Positions 1 through 8,876 of a stretch of DNA of 64,000 bases are shown here, piece after piece. The position numbers and the translations under genes were made by a program. Below the pieces are notes generated by a model. That model ran no database searches, was not told the origin of the DNA, and worked only from the letters and a program-made list of their open reading frames with translations. The first letter of the stretch is position 1, and each line of letters opens with the position of its first letter. The stretch is from an uncultured Gammaproteobacteria bacterium (GTDB lineage: Bacteria > Pseudomonadota > Gammaproteobacteria > Chromatiales > Chromatiaceae): NCBI GenBank assembly GCA_963818415.1, contig CAWFSC010000014.1, forward strand, positions 51,024-115,023, given 5' to 3'.

Positions 1-71
1 ACAACGGGGCGTGGCGCCCCGAACCCAGGGCGCGAGGTCAGTCGCACCGCAGATGAGCCTTGGCCGCGCGT

Positions 72-476
72 TTATTCGCCATCGTCGCGCTCGGGCGGCC
101 CCTCCTCATCGTCGTCATATTGCCGCGGGTCATCCGCTGGCTCGACCCGCCGATCCTCGTATGACGCCTCGTCCGGAGCATCGTCGTATTCCGGCGCGGG
201 CGAAGACCAGGACTCTTGCTCGCGCGGCTCCTCCATCCCACGCGACTCGCGGAAATGACGCGGGGGCGGATCACGTTCGTCATACCTGGGTCGCACCGGC
301 GGTGGTGGCGGCGCCGGTGGTGGCGGTTGCAGTGGCGGCGCCAGTGGCAGCGGAAGTAAGGGCGGCGGACGGTCGTCAGGTCCCGGCGGTTGGGCCGACG
401 CGAGACCGCCATAGAGACCACCCGTCAACCCGAGAGCCAACGCCAGGCGCGTGCCCCAACCATTCATGATGTCCAT
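72..476 (-). CDS. hypothetical secreted proline-rich/acidic protein
   Basis: GGGGAG lies 6 nt upstream of the ATG. Signal-like N-terminus MDIMNGWGTRLALALGLTGGLYGGLASA, then a PPPLLPLPLAPPLQPPPPAPPPPP tract and a D/E-rich tail. The opposite-strand ORF is Arg-rich shadow. Low complexity; no family recognised. Confidence 0.4.
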   Translation of the reverse strand: MDIMNGWGTRLALALGLTGGLYGGLASAQPPGPDDRPPPLLPLPLAPPLQPPPPAPPPPPVRPRYDERDPPPRHFRESRGMEEPREQESWSSPAPEYDDAPDEASYEDRRVEPADDPRQYDDDEEGPPERDDGE

Positions 477-839
477 TCGATACTCCCCAGTCTGCGCTGC
501 ATGCGGAATCCAGCCCCACCGGACCGACCGGCCGGGCGCCCGTTCGTCTCAGCCAAGATGATGCCCGCGCCTCTCCGAACACACAAGGCACGCCATTCGC
601 GGCACCAACCCTGTGACTCAGGAGATCCACGAACGACATCCGCTCGCGACGCCACCCCGCTCCGCGTCTCTGGAGCGAGGCAAATTTCGGGAAGAAAGGA
701 GTCCTTTTGTCGTAGCCTGTCTCCAGACCTTGCCTCGCCGGGAACCCTGGATGACCACAACCAATCGAGCCACGACAGTCCTCGCGCCCACGCACATCTT
801 CGGCACGGACGACTGGTTGACCTTGACGGTGCAACCGCG

Positions 840-2132
840 TTGACCCGCCCTCTCCCCAAAGCACCGGAGCTTTTGTCACCCGCCGGCACGCTGCGCAACA
901 TGCGGTATGCCTTCGCCTATGGCGCGGATGCGGTCTATGCCGGGCTGCCCCGCTACAGTCTGCGGGTGCGCAACAACGACTTCGATCTCGCGAGCCTCGC
1001 GATTGGCATCGACGAGGCGCATCGGCAAGGCAAGCGCTTCTATCTCGCGACCAACCTCATGCCCCATGGGGCCAAGCTGCGCACCTTCGTCGCCGACCTG
1101 ACGCCGATCGTCGCGCTCGGTCCGGACGCGCTGATCATGGCCGATCCGGGGCTGATTCTGCTGGCGCGCGAGCACTGGCCCGCGTTGCCCATCCATCTGT
1201 CGGTACAGGCAAACACCGTCAACGCCGCAGCGGTCCGGTTCTGGCAGCGCCAGGGGCTGACGCGGATCATTCTGTCGCGCGAACTGTCCCTGGATGAGAT
1301 CGCCGAAATCCGCGCCGCCTGTCCGGATATCGAACTGGAGGTCTTCGTCCATGGCGCGCTCTGCGTCGCCTATTCGGGGCGCTGCCTGCTCTCCGGTTAC
1401 TTCAACCATCGCGACGCCAACCAAGGCTCCTGCACCAATGCGTGCCGCTGGGAGTACCGACTGGGTGCGGCCGAGCCCGGGGTCGACCAAGACCCGCGCG
1501 CGCGGCATCCGGCCGCGGATGAGGTCTATCTACTTGAGGAAGCCAAACGACCAGGCGAATACATGCCGATCTTCGAGGACGAGAACGGCACCTACATCAT
1601 GAACTCGCGCGATCTCCAGGCGGTCGCGCACGTCGGTCGGCTCGCCGCCATGGGGATCGATTGTCTCAAGATCGAAGGTCGCACCAAGTCGCACTACTAT
1701 GCCGCGCGCACGGCCCAGGTCTATCGCGCCGCGATCGATGCCGCCGTGGCGGGAGAGACCTTTCGCCCGGAGTGGCTTCGGGATCTGGAGGGACTGGCCA
1801 ATCGCGGCTACACCGAGGGCTTTTATCGCCGCCACGCCCCCGCGGAGCCGCAGAACTATGCCGATGGCGCGTCCCGCAACCAGCGACGCATCTTCGTTGG
1901 CGATGTGATCGGCGGCGAGGCAGGTTGGGCCGAGGTCGACGTCAAGAATCGCTTCGCGGTGGGGGATGACTTGGAGTTGATGTCACCCAGGGGAAACCTG
2001 GAGTTCCGCGTGGAGCGGATGGAAACGCTTGAGGGCGAGCCGCTGGCGATCGCGCCCGGCGCTGGCTGGCGCGTGCGCATCCGCGTCCCCGCCGAGGCGG
2101 ATCCGCTGGGGCTGCTCACGCGCGCCCTCTAG
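840..2132 (+). CDS. yegQ: U32 family peptidase-like protein (YegQ/TrhP type)
   Basis: PELLSPAGTLRNMRYAFAYGADAVYAGLPRYSLRVRNNDF closely parallels the E. coli YegQ N-terminus. The Cys-rich GRCLLSGYFNHRDANQGSCTNACRW motif is present. Start set at in-frame TTG 840; the ORF-track start at 390 gives an implausible 150-aa extension. Confidence 0.85.
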   Translation: MTRPLPKAPELLSPAGTLRNMRYAFAYGADAVYAGLPRYSLRVRNNDFDLASLAIGIDEAHRQGKRFYLATNLMPHGAKLRTFVADLTPIVALGPDALIMADPGLILLAREHWPALPIHLSVQANTVNAAAVRFWQRQGLTRIILSRELSLDEIAEIRAACPDIELEVFVHGALCVAYSGRCLLSGYFNHRDANQGSCTNACRWEYRLGAAEPGVDQDPRARHPAADEVYLLEEAKRPGEYMPIFEDENGTYIMNSRDLQAVAHVGRLAAMGIDCLKIEGRTKSHYYAARTAQVYRAAIDAAVAGETFRPEWLRDLEGLANRGYTEGFYRRHAPAEPQNYADGASRNQRRIFVGDVIGGEAGWAEVDVKNRFAVGDDLELMSPRGNLEFRVERMETLEGEPLAIAPGAGWRVRIRVPAEADPLGLLTRAL

Positions 2133-2144
2133 ACGCACGGTGAA

Positions 2145-2588
2145 CTACCGGATCCAGTCGATGAGATTCATGAGCGGATTCTCGCCAGTCTCCGGGCCGA
2201 TGACCCGCCCGCGTACACTCTGACCGGCCGCGACGACCGACTCAGGGTCTCCGGTGACGAGCGGATGCCAGCGCGGCAGCGATTTGCCCTCGGCAAGCAG
2301 ACGATAGGCGCAGGTCTCGGGTAGCCAATGGGGTTGCCTCAGCACCTCGGGGACGAGGGTGACGCAGTCGGGCATAAGTCGCGCGCGCTGGGCGTAATCG
2401 CGGCAGCGGCAGGTATCGAGGTCGAGCAACTGGCAGGCGACGCGCGAGTACACGATGCGCTCCGTCTCCTCGTCCTCGAACTTCTCCAGACAACACTTGC
2501 CGCAGCCGTCGCAAAGAGCGTCCCACTGATCCGATGTCAGATCGCGCAGAGGTGTCGTTTCCCAGAAAGGAGGATTCATTGATGGCAT
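2145..2588 (-). CDS. ycgN: YcgN family (UPF0260) Cys-cluster protein
   Basis: PFWETTPLRDLTSDQWDALCDGCGKCCLEKFEDEETERIVYSRVACQLLDLDTCRCRDY...WLPETCAYRLLAEGKSLPRWHPL aligns along its length with E. coli YcgN. Start at ATG 2588, or alternatively 2579. Confidence 0.85.
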   Translation of the reverse strand: MPSMNPPFWETTPLRDLTSDQWDALCDGCGKCCLEKFEDEETERIVYSRVACQLLDLDTCRCRDYAQRARLMPDCVTLVPEVLRQPHWLPETCAYRLLAEGKSLPRWHPLVTGDPESVVAAGQSVRGRVIGPETGENPLMNLIDWIR

Positions 2589-2839
2589 GGCCCCAGGGGT
2601 CGCTGGCGGACAGGGGCGCCTGCTCGCTGGCATAATGGCTGATTTAGGAATTCTGACCGATTGGCGCCCGCGATGCACGTCGTCGGTACGAAACGCTTGG
2701 GCCGGCGTGCTCAAAAACAGATTGCCTGCCGTGGAGCGCGGGACGCGCGGAAACTCTCGTCTATGTGCTCCGGGCGGCGACGTTTTGCGACCGCTGGCGC
2801 CGCGCGCCTTGGCGCGTCGCATGAATGCGGAGATCTTAG

Positions 2840-4327
2840 TTGTTTAGATTACTACCGAATGGACTGAAGAGAAGCCCCCAATGGCGAAAACGAACGACCT
2901 TGCTGACCTTTTCGCTACAAGTCGCCAATGACCTCGTTGCGATCACGCTCGGTTTATTCCTTGCGCTGCGGCTGAATCAGGTCGCCTGGGACAATCGTTA
3001 CTCCGTTTTGCTCCTCTATGCGCTGGGAATGTTCCTGGTCTTTGCGAACCTCAAGCAGCTCTATCGGTCTTGGCGCGGGGGTTTCATCTCGGCTGAGATC
3101 CAAGCGGCGATCGAGGCCTGGCTGCTCGTTTTCGCCATGACCTTCGTGACCGGGCATCTGTGGCCCGAGATCGCCTGGCCGCAAAATGTGACGCTTGGAT
3201 GGCTTCTACTCACCCCGCTCTTTCTCGGATCCTCGCGCGTGCTGGGCCGAAGTTTTCTGCATTTTTTCCGCCGACGCGGACTCAACACCCGCAAGCTCGC
3301 CGTGGTCGGAAATGGGGGCGTTGCCCTGCACCTGTCCAGCGTGATCGACGCGAGTCCCTGGACAGGGTATCGGCAGGTCGGTCGTTTCGATCCGAGGCCG
3401 CCAGAGACTGCGGGCAATCCGAACCAGGGTTCCACCCGAACCCTGGACGACCTTGTCGAGATCGCGCGCGGAGGCGGCTTGGACACCGTCTTTATCGGCG
3501 TGTCCGCGACCGAGCCGGTGCACTGGGTCAACGATCTGTTGCGACGCTTAAGCGACACGACGGTTTCGGTCTATGTCACCCGCGATCGTCGCAGCCGCAC
3601 CGATCCGTCCGGCACCGACAACCTGTCGCCACTACCAGTCGACCCGATTCTCAAGAACTCCGAAGTGCTGCACCGCTGCTGGATCGAGATTGGCGGGATC
3701 CCGGCCTTGAGCGTCTATGAATCGCCTTTTCAAGGCGCCAGTGGTTGGCTGAAGCGGCTTGAGGATCTCCTGGCCGCCGGTCTGATCATGCTGGTGATCG
3801 CCTTGCCAATGCTGGCGATTGCCGTTGGCGTCAAGCTCTCCAGCCCTGGCCCGATCTTGTTCAAGCAGCGCCGTTATGGGCTTTCCGGGGATGAAATCAT
3901 TGTCTGGAAGTTTCGCTCCATGACCCTGTGCGAGGATGGTGACACCGTGGTTCAGGCCCGCAAAGAGGATCCGCGCGTCACGCCGTTCGGCGCCTTCCTG
4001 CGCCGGACCTCACTCGATGAACTGCCGCAGTTCATCAACGTCTTGCTCGGAACCATGTCCATCGTGGGTCCGCGGCCCCATGCCGTCATCCACAACGAAC
4101 AATATCGCACGCTCATTGACGGCTACATGCTGCGCCACAAGGTCAAACCGGGGATCACGGGATTGGCGCAGGTGCGGGGGCTGCGCGGCGAGACGGACAC
4201 ACTCGACAAGATGGCGAAACGGATCGAGAGCGATCTGGAATACATCCGCAACTGGTCACTGTGGTTGGATCTGCAGATTATCGTATTGACCATTCTCAAG
4301 GGTTTTCGGCAAGCGAACGCCTATTAA
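2840..4327 (+). CDS. undecaprenyl-phosphate hexose-1-phosphate transferase (bacterial sugar transferase, WcaJ/EpsB-like priming enzyme)
   Basis: N-terminal TM segments. C-terminal catalytic domain motifs PGPILFKQRRYG, FRSM, DELPQFINVLLGTMSIVGPRPH and KPGITGLAQV. TTG start is uncertain. Confidence 0.85.
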   Translation: MFRLLPNGLKRSPQWRKRTTLLTFSLQVANDLVAITLGLFLALRLNQVAWDNRYSVLLLYALGMFLVFANLKQLYRSWRGGFISAEIQAAIEAWLLVFAMTFVTGHLWPEIAWPQNVTLGWLLLTPLFLGSSRVLGRSFLHFFRRRGLNTRKLAVVGNGGVALHLSSVIDASPWTGYRQVGRFDPRPPETAGNPNQGSTRTLDDLVEIARGGGLDTVFIGVSATEPVHWVNDLLRRLSDTTVSVYVTRDRRSRTDPSGTDNLSPLPVDPILKNSEVLHRCWIEIGGIPALSVYESPFQGASGWLKRLEDLLAAGLIMLVIALPMLAIAVGVKLSSPGPILFKQRRYGLSGDEIIVWKFRSMTLCEDGDTVVQARKEDPRVTPFGAFLRRTSLDELPQFINVLLGTMSIVGPRPHAVIHNEQYRTLIDGYMLRHKVKPGITGLAQVRGLRGETDTLDKMAKRIESDLEYIRNWSLWLDLQIIVLTILKGFRQANAY

Positions 4328-4453
4328 ACCCACCCGGAGAGAACCAGCACTCTCATGGATGATAGGGTCAGGATGCAGCAAACGATGCTGATCCATTCCT
4401 GAGCCATTGAGACTGTGAAAGTCTTCGCTTCCGACATCCAATGGCGGTCTTTC

Positions 4454-4486
4454 GTAGGCTGGGATGAGCTTGCGAATCCCAGCATT
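4454..4486 (+). repeat. REP-type palindromic unit, family A (GTAGGCTGGGATGAGCTTGCGAATCCCAGCAT)
   Basis: Internal dyad GCTGGGAT/ATCCCAGC. A 32-nt identical copy occurs at 19118-19149. Confidence 0.8.
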
Positions 4487-4507
4487 TCAGCCGCTGACGC
4501 AGCGGCC

Positions 4508-4540
4508 AATGCTGGGTTTCGTTCCTCAACCCAGCCTACG
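4508..4540 (-). repeat. REP-type unit, family A variant, inverted relative to 4454-4486
   Basis: The reverse complement reads GTAGGCTGGGTTGAGGAACGAAACCCAGCATT. It forms an inverted pair with the neighbouring copy. Confidence 0.75.
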
Positions 4541-4709
4541 AAAAATTCTTGCCCAATCTCCATTCGCCGAACAAGCCCTTACCTTGCACGCTCGCGGAGG
4601 AGTGCAGAACGGATCCGCGTGGAGCCTGATTTCATCTGACTTCGAGATGATTGAAGGTCAGGCAATACGCCGCTCCTTGGACGGTCAGCAACCCGAGCTT
4701 GAACCAGGA

Positions 4710-4741
4710 CAACAAAAACGCCGGCCCTGAATAGGCCGGCG
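4710..4741 (-). terminator. rho-independent terminator of the 4767..6317 gene
   Basis: Stem CGCCGGCC / GGCCGGCG with a 7-nt loop. On the minus strand it is followed by TTTTTGTTG. It lies 26 nt past the stop codon. Confidence 0.7.
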
Positions 4742-4766
4742 TAGTGGGACTCAAACGACTCGCGAC

Positions 4767-6317
4767 TTACTGGTAGGGATTGGTGAGGTTCCAGTAATCT
4801 TCATAAGCCTTCGTGTCGGTGGTATTTGTCGGCAGTTGCGTTGTGTGCCAAGTGAAGTTATAGGGGCTGCTATATTCGTTCTCGGGAATCTCGACGACTC
4901 CACCATACTGACTGCAACTGCAGCGAGCCTGGGTTTGGTAGGTATCGCAAGCCGTCACTTTACCGTCTTTATCAGCAACCCCGCAGCCTGCTGGAACATT
5001 TTCGATATAGTCGCATCCCGCTTCGATACCAACGACGCAATCGACGGGCACATTCTTACAGACCAACCCATTCTCATCGGTACAATCGGCGGGCAGATAG
5101 CAGGAGTCACCAGTTTCGCATTCGCAGGATCCAGTGTAGCCCGACGCCGCAGTGCTGGAGAGAAATTGGTGTACGTAACAGGGCGCCGTGAAGAGCCGTT
5201 TATGATTTACCCGCATGTAATAATAGCCAGAGTCCCGGAGCCCTAGCCGGAATGTCGCCGAGGGATCATTCGTGGTGTCCGTGTTGACCGACAGCAGGGG
5301 CGTTATATCTTTAGTGGGTGTCCCTGACTCTAGGAGTTTGGCCGACGCGAAGTCGTAGACATCCACGAACCAGTTGCCGGGGCCACAAGCCTCCTTCGCG
5401 CAGAAGGTCAGCGTAATGATCTCATTTCCTTTCGCCTGGTAGACGTACCAATCATCTTCGCCCTGACCCCAAACGTAAGTACCATCATCGCTAGGCACGG
5501 GCGTCTGGAACATCAGGTTGATCAACCCATACATGGTGACGCCCGTGGCCAGTGGGTTGGCGCGGCTGGGTATGTTGTTCGGCTCGACCTCAGAATCGTA
5601 GAAGCCAACAACCGGCTGGGTGTTGTCGAGGTTCGTATCCTGCACAAAGGCCGCAATCGCATAGGGGTAGGCGTTACTCTTGGTCTTGTCGGCTGGCTGC
5701 ACGGCGATGTAATAAGTACCGACTAGGCCCAGGGTTGCGCTATAGGTCACCGAGGTTGCGGTCGACTGGATACCGCCCACCACGTCGGTGTTGAAGTTCG
5801 CAAAAATGTTCCCCGCCGCATCCCGGACGGAGACGTTCCAGACCGCTGGCAAACCGCCCGCCAAATTCGCGCCCGAGATCCAATCCGGCACGGAAAAATT
5901 GACGATAAGATTCTGGTTGGCCTTGGCCGACGCGGTGTAGTACCAGTCCTGGTCCGCCGCACCGTAGAGTTGCCCCCAGAAATTCACGCCTTGGGTAAGG
6001 GGATCAGCCGTGATGAAACTGTCATTTGGCTCGGTCTCGCCATAGGTGGCATCCGGGATGCACGACGCCAGCGTGATGCCACAGCCTTGCGGATCCGCGA
6101 CACACTTGGCGATCTGCGCGGCCGAGCCGTCGCCGTATCCGATCACGTAGCCCCGCGTGTTACCGTTGGCATCTCCGGCGACCCAACCCTCGGTGTAGGC
6201 CGCGTCCTTCTCGGCCGCGCAGGTCTCGGTCGCCGGGTAACTGCCAGCGGAGATCGCGTGCGCGCCGTGTGACACCAGCAGGAAAAGTCCAAGCAGGGGA
6301 TAAAGCAGGGGCTTCAT
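4767..6317 (-). CDS. secreted protein with two pre-peptidase C-terminal (PPC)-like domains and a Cys-rich tail
   Basis: AAGGA RBS upstream of the start. Signal peptide MKPLLYPLLGLFLLVSHGAHA. Two ExEPN(D/N)...A(D/N)PL...DWY modules (ETEPNDSFITADPL, EVEPNNIPSRANPL). The C-terminal ~110 aa contain many Cys. Composition is visibly lower in GC than the neighbouring genes. Confidence 0.8.
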   Translation of the reverse strand: MKPLLYPLLGLFLLVSHGAHAISAGSYPATETCAAEKDAAYTEGWVAGDANGNTRGYVIGYGDGSAAQIAKCVADPQGCGITLASCIPDATYGETEPNDSFITADPLTQGVNFWGQLYGAADQDWYYTASAKANQNLIVNFSVPDWISGANLAGGLPAVWNVSVRDAAGNIFANFNTDVVGGIQSTATSVTYSATLGLVGTYYIAVQPADKTKSNAYPYAIAAFVQDTNLDNTQPVVGFYDSEVEPNNIPSRANPLATGVTMYGLINLMFQTPVPSDDGTYVWGQGEDDWYVYQAKGNEIITLTFCAKEACGPGNWFVDVYDFASAKLLESGTPTKDITPLLSVNTDTTNDPSATFRLGLRDSGYYYMRVNHKRLFTAPCYVHQFLSSTAASGYTGSCECETGDSCYLPADCTDENGLVCKNVPVDCVVGIEAGCDYIENVPAGCGVADKDGKVTACDTYQTQARCSCSQYGGVVEIPENEYSSPYNFTWHTTQLPTNTTDTKAYEDYWNLTNPYQ

Positions 6318-6578
6318 GTTTCGATCCTTGTTCAGAGTTCTGATGAACGAGCCGCGCTCATGACACAACACTGTCGCTTCTGGGCGTCAACTGTGGCAGT
6401 GTCCAAGTTTAGCCGAACGCATCTTTCGATCAAGCGATCATTCGCGAGCCAGGCCGTTTTGGTGATGCGCGTCTAAGTTTCGGTTTTTGCGACCGACTCC
6501 GCCCGAATCTCGCTCACCGCGCGACCGGCCCTGTCGCCAGCTCTCTCGCTTTCGCCCGCTTTCCCATACCGCCCACCG

Positions 6579-7295
6579 ATGAAGTCTCAAGACACTCCCA
6601 CGATCGCCGTACTGATACCCGCTCACAACGAGGCCGCAACGGTCGGCGCGATCGTCAGCGAGGTCCATCGCGCCTGGGGTTATCCGGTCGTCGTGATCGA
6701 CGACTGCAGCACGGATGCCACGGCCGAGGTCGCGCGCGCGGCCGGCGCGATCCTTCTGCCCTTGCCCATGCAACTCGGGGCCTGGGGGGCGATTCAAACC
6801 GGCATCCGGTTCGCGCTAGGACGCGGCTACAGCATGGTCGTCACGCTCGATGCCGACGGCCAGCATGAGCCGGCTTACCTGGGGGGACTCCTCGCGCCTT
6901 TGATCGAGGGCCGGGCCGATATCGTGATCGGCGCATTTCCGGCGCGCGCGAGCCGGGCGCGACGCTTCGCTTGGCGCTACTTCCGTTGGTTGACCGGTCT
7001 GGACCTGACCGATATCACCTCTGGTTTTCGCGCCTATAATCACGCCGCCTTGAAGCTGCTCGCATCGCGGGAAGCGACGCTCCTCGACTATCAGGACGTG
7101 GGCGTCCTCTTGATTCTCCATCGCCACGGCTTACGCACCCTTGAGGTTCCCGTGCCGATGCAGCCACGCCTTCAGGGCGTTTCCAGGGTGTTCAGATCCT
7201 GGTGGACAGTGGGAACCTATATGCTCCAGACCAGCCTGCTCTGTATCGCACGGGTCGGCCACGGGCACCCGGCCAGGCCCACCCGAGAGCGCTAA
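6579..7295 (+). CDS. family 2 glycosyltransferase, polyprenol-phosphate glycosyltransferase-like (GtrB/ArnC/DPM type)
   Basis: IAVLIPAHNEA, VVVIDDCSTDAT, TLDADGQHEP and TSGFRAY motifs. Short (238 aa) GT-A protein. Confidence 0.85.
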   Translation: MKSQDTPTIAVLIPAHNEAATVGAIVSEVHRAWGYPVVVIDDCSTDATAEVARAAGAILLPLPMQLGAWGAIQTGIRFALGRGYSMVVTLDADGQHEPAYLGGLLAPLIEGRADIVIGAFPARASRARRFAWRYFRWLTGLDLTDITSGFRAYNHAALKLLASREATLLDYQDVGVLLILHRHGLRTLEVPVPMQPRLQGVSRVFRSWWTVGTYMLQTSLLCIARVGHGHPARPTRER

Positions 7296-7305
7296 CAAGA
7301 CCCTT

Positions 7306-7686
7306 ATGACTTACCAAACAACTTCGATGATGATCGGCCTCACCCTCGCCGCCACGATTCTGTGGCTCGTGCGTCGCGATCACCTGCATGGCCCCTATGC
7401 CCTTTGGTGGATCGGGGCGGCGACAACGGTCACGGCCCTCGGATTCTTCCCAAAAGTTTTCGACCACCTTGCCGCGTACTTCGGCGTCAGCTACCCGCCG
7501 ATGCTGGCACTGGTGCTTGGTTTTGCGCTACTCCTGATCAAAATGCTCACCATGGACGTCGAGCGCTCGCGTCAAGAACGCAAGATTCGTCGGCTGGCGC
7601 AACAGCTTGCCATGCTGGAGGCGCGGGCGCCGACCCCACGCGGGTCCGACCGGCCAGACAGCCAGCAAGCCGGCCCGACCGAGTAG
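7306..7686 (+). CDS. small membrane protein, DUF2304-like
   Basis: Three predicted TM helices plus a C-terminal amphipathic helix (ERSRQERKIRRLAQQLAMLE). It sits immediately after the GT2 gene, the usual DUF2304 context. ATG at 7306. Confidence 0.65.
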   Translation: MTYQTTSMMIGLTLAATILWLVRRDHLHGPYALWWIGAATTVTALGFFPKVFDHLAAYFGVSYPPMLALVLGFALLLIKMLTMDVERSRQERKIRRLAQQLAMLEARAPTPRGSDRPDSQQAGPTE

Positions 7687-7699
7687 GCGGCGCCAACCC

Positions 7700-8857
7700 G
7701 TGCGCGTCCTGCACATCGGTAAATATTTCCCGCCCTATGCTGGCGGCATGGAATATTTTCTGGCCGATCTGCTTGCCGCCCTCGGGTCGCAAGGGATTTC
7801 TTGCACGGCCCTGGCGCATGCCGAGGGACGGAGTTGGCGCGGATCGCGTCCCGCCGACGACGCGGCGCTACCGGTTTACCGCGCGCCGACTTTCGGGCGC
7901 CTCCTTTACGCGCCGGTGAGTCCGTCATTCCCGCTCTGGCTGAACCGGGTCATCCGGGAGCAACGTCCCGATCTACTTCATCTGCACCTGCCGAACACCT
8001 CGGCCTTCGCCGCGCTGGCCCTGCCGGCGGCGCGGCGCCTTCCGTGGGTCATCCACTGGCATTCCGATGTCGTCGCGTCGACCATTGATCCCCGCTTGCG
8101 CCTTGCTTACCAACTGTATCGCCCTTTCGAGCAGCGGTTGCTTGCCGGGAGCCGTCGCATCATCGCGACCTCACCGACCTATCTCCGCTCAAGCACCGCG
8201 CTCGCACCCTGGCTCGACCGTTGCGCGGTCGTGCCCCTGGGGCTCGATCCCACCCGGATTCCCGAGCCGGACCATGCCACGCTCGCGCGGGCGGAAGCCA
8301 TGTGGGGGAAGAGTGCCCTGCGCATCCTCGCGATCGGGCGACTGACCTACTACAAGGGTCATGAAGTGCTGATCCGCGCGGCGGCGGAGCTGCCCGAGGC
8401 GCGCGTCATCATTGTCGGCGCGGGGGAGCGACGGGAGCCGTTGGTCTCGCTCGTACAGACCCTGGGCCTTGGGAATCGCGTTGAACTCCCCGGATATCAG
8501 AGCGAGCCGATGCTCAACGCGCTGCTGGCGAGCTGCGATCTCCTCTGTCTACCGTCGATCGAACGGACCGAGGCATTCGGTCTGGTCCTGCTGGAGGCGA
8601 TGCGTTTCGGCAAACCTGTGGTCGTGAGCGATATTCCCGGCTCGGGAACGGGCTGGGTCGTCCACGCGGCCGGCCATGGACTCTTGACGCCGCCGAATGA
8701 ATCCGCGCCGCTCGCGGTCGCCTTGGCGATGCTCCAGAAAGATCCGAAGCAAAGAGAACGACTTGGCGATGCGGGCAAGGCAGCCCTCCGGGAACAGTTC
8801 GGCATTGCCAAGGTTGCCGAGGCGATCGCGAAGATTTATTCCGAGGTGCTCGCCTGA
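7700..8857 (+). CDS. glycosyltransferase family 4 (GT-B, RfaG-like)
   Basis: MRVLHIGKYFPPYAGGME N-terminus from in-frame GTG 7700. C-terminal EAFGLVLLEAMRFGKPVVVSDIPGSG E-x7-E region. Confidence 0.85.
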   Translation: MRVLHIGKYFPPYAGGMEYFLADLLAALGSQGISCTALAHAEGRSWRGSRPADDAALPVYRAPTFGRLLYAPVSPSFPLWLNRVIREQRPDLLHLHLPNTSAFAALALPAARRLPWVIHWHSDVVASTIDPRLRLAYQLYRPFEQRLLAGSRRIIATSPTYLRSSTALAPWLDRCAVVPLGLDPTRIPEPDHATLARAEAMWGKSALRILAIGRLTYYKGHEVLIRAAAELPEARVIIVGAGERREPLVSLVQTLGLGNRVELPGYQSEPMLNALLASCDLLCLPSIERTEAFGLVLLEAMRFGKPVVVSDIPGSGTGWVVHAAGHGLLTPPNESAPLAVALAMLQKDPKQRERLGDAGKAALREQFGIAKVAEAIAKIYSEVLA

Positions 8858-8876
8858 CCGCAGACAACCTTGGCCA

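Noticed and set aside
390-839. 150-aa N-terminal extension of the yegQ ORF given by the ORF track
   Set aside because: Homology to YegQ begins at PELLSPAG (about 860). The upstream part is Arg/Pro/Ser-rich with no similarity to the family. An in-frame TTG at 840 gives a normal N-terminus.
4415-4639. Small ORFs 4415..4639, 4464..4730 and 4324..4563, and the 5' part of ORF 19061..20113
   Set aside because: They are generated by reading through REP palindromes (peptides VGWDELANPSI, MLGFVPQPSL) and are not genes.
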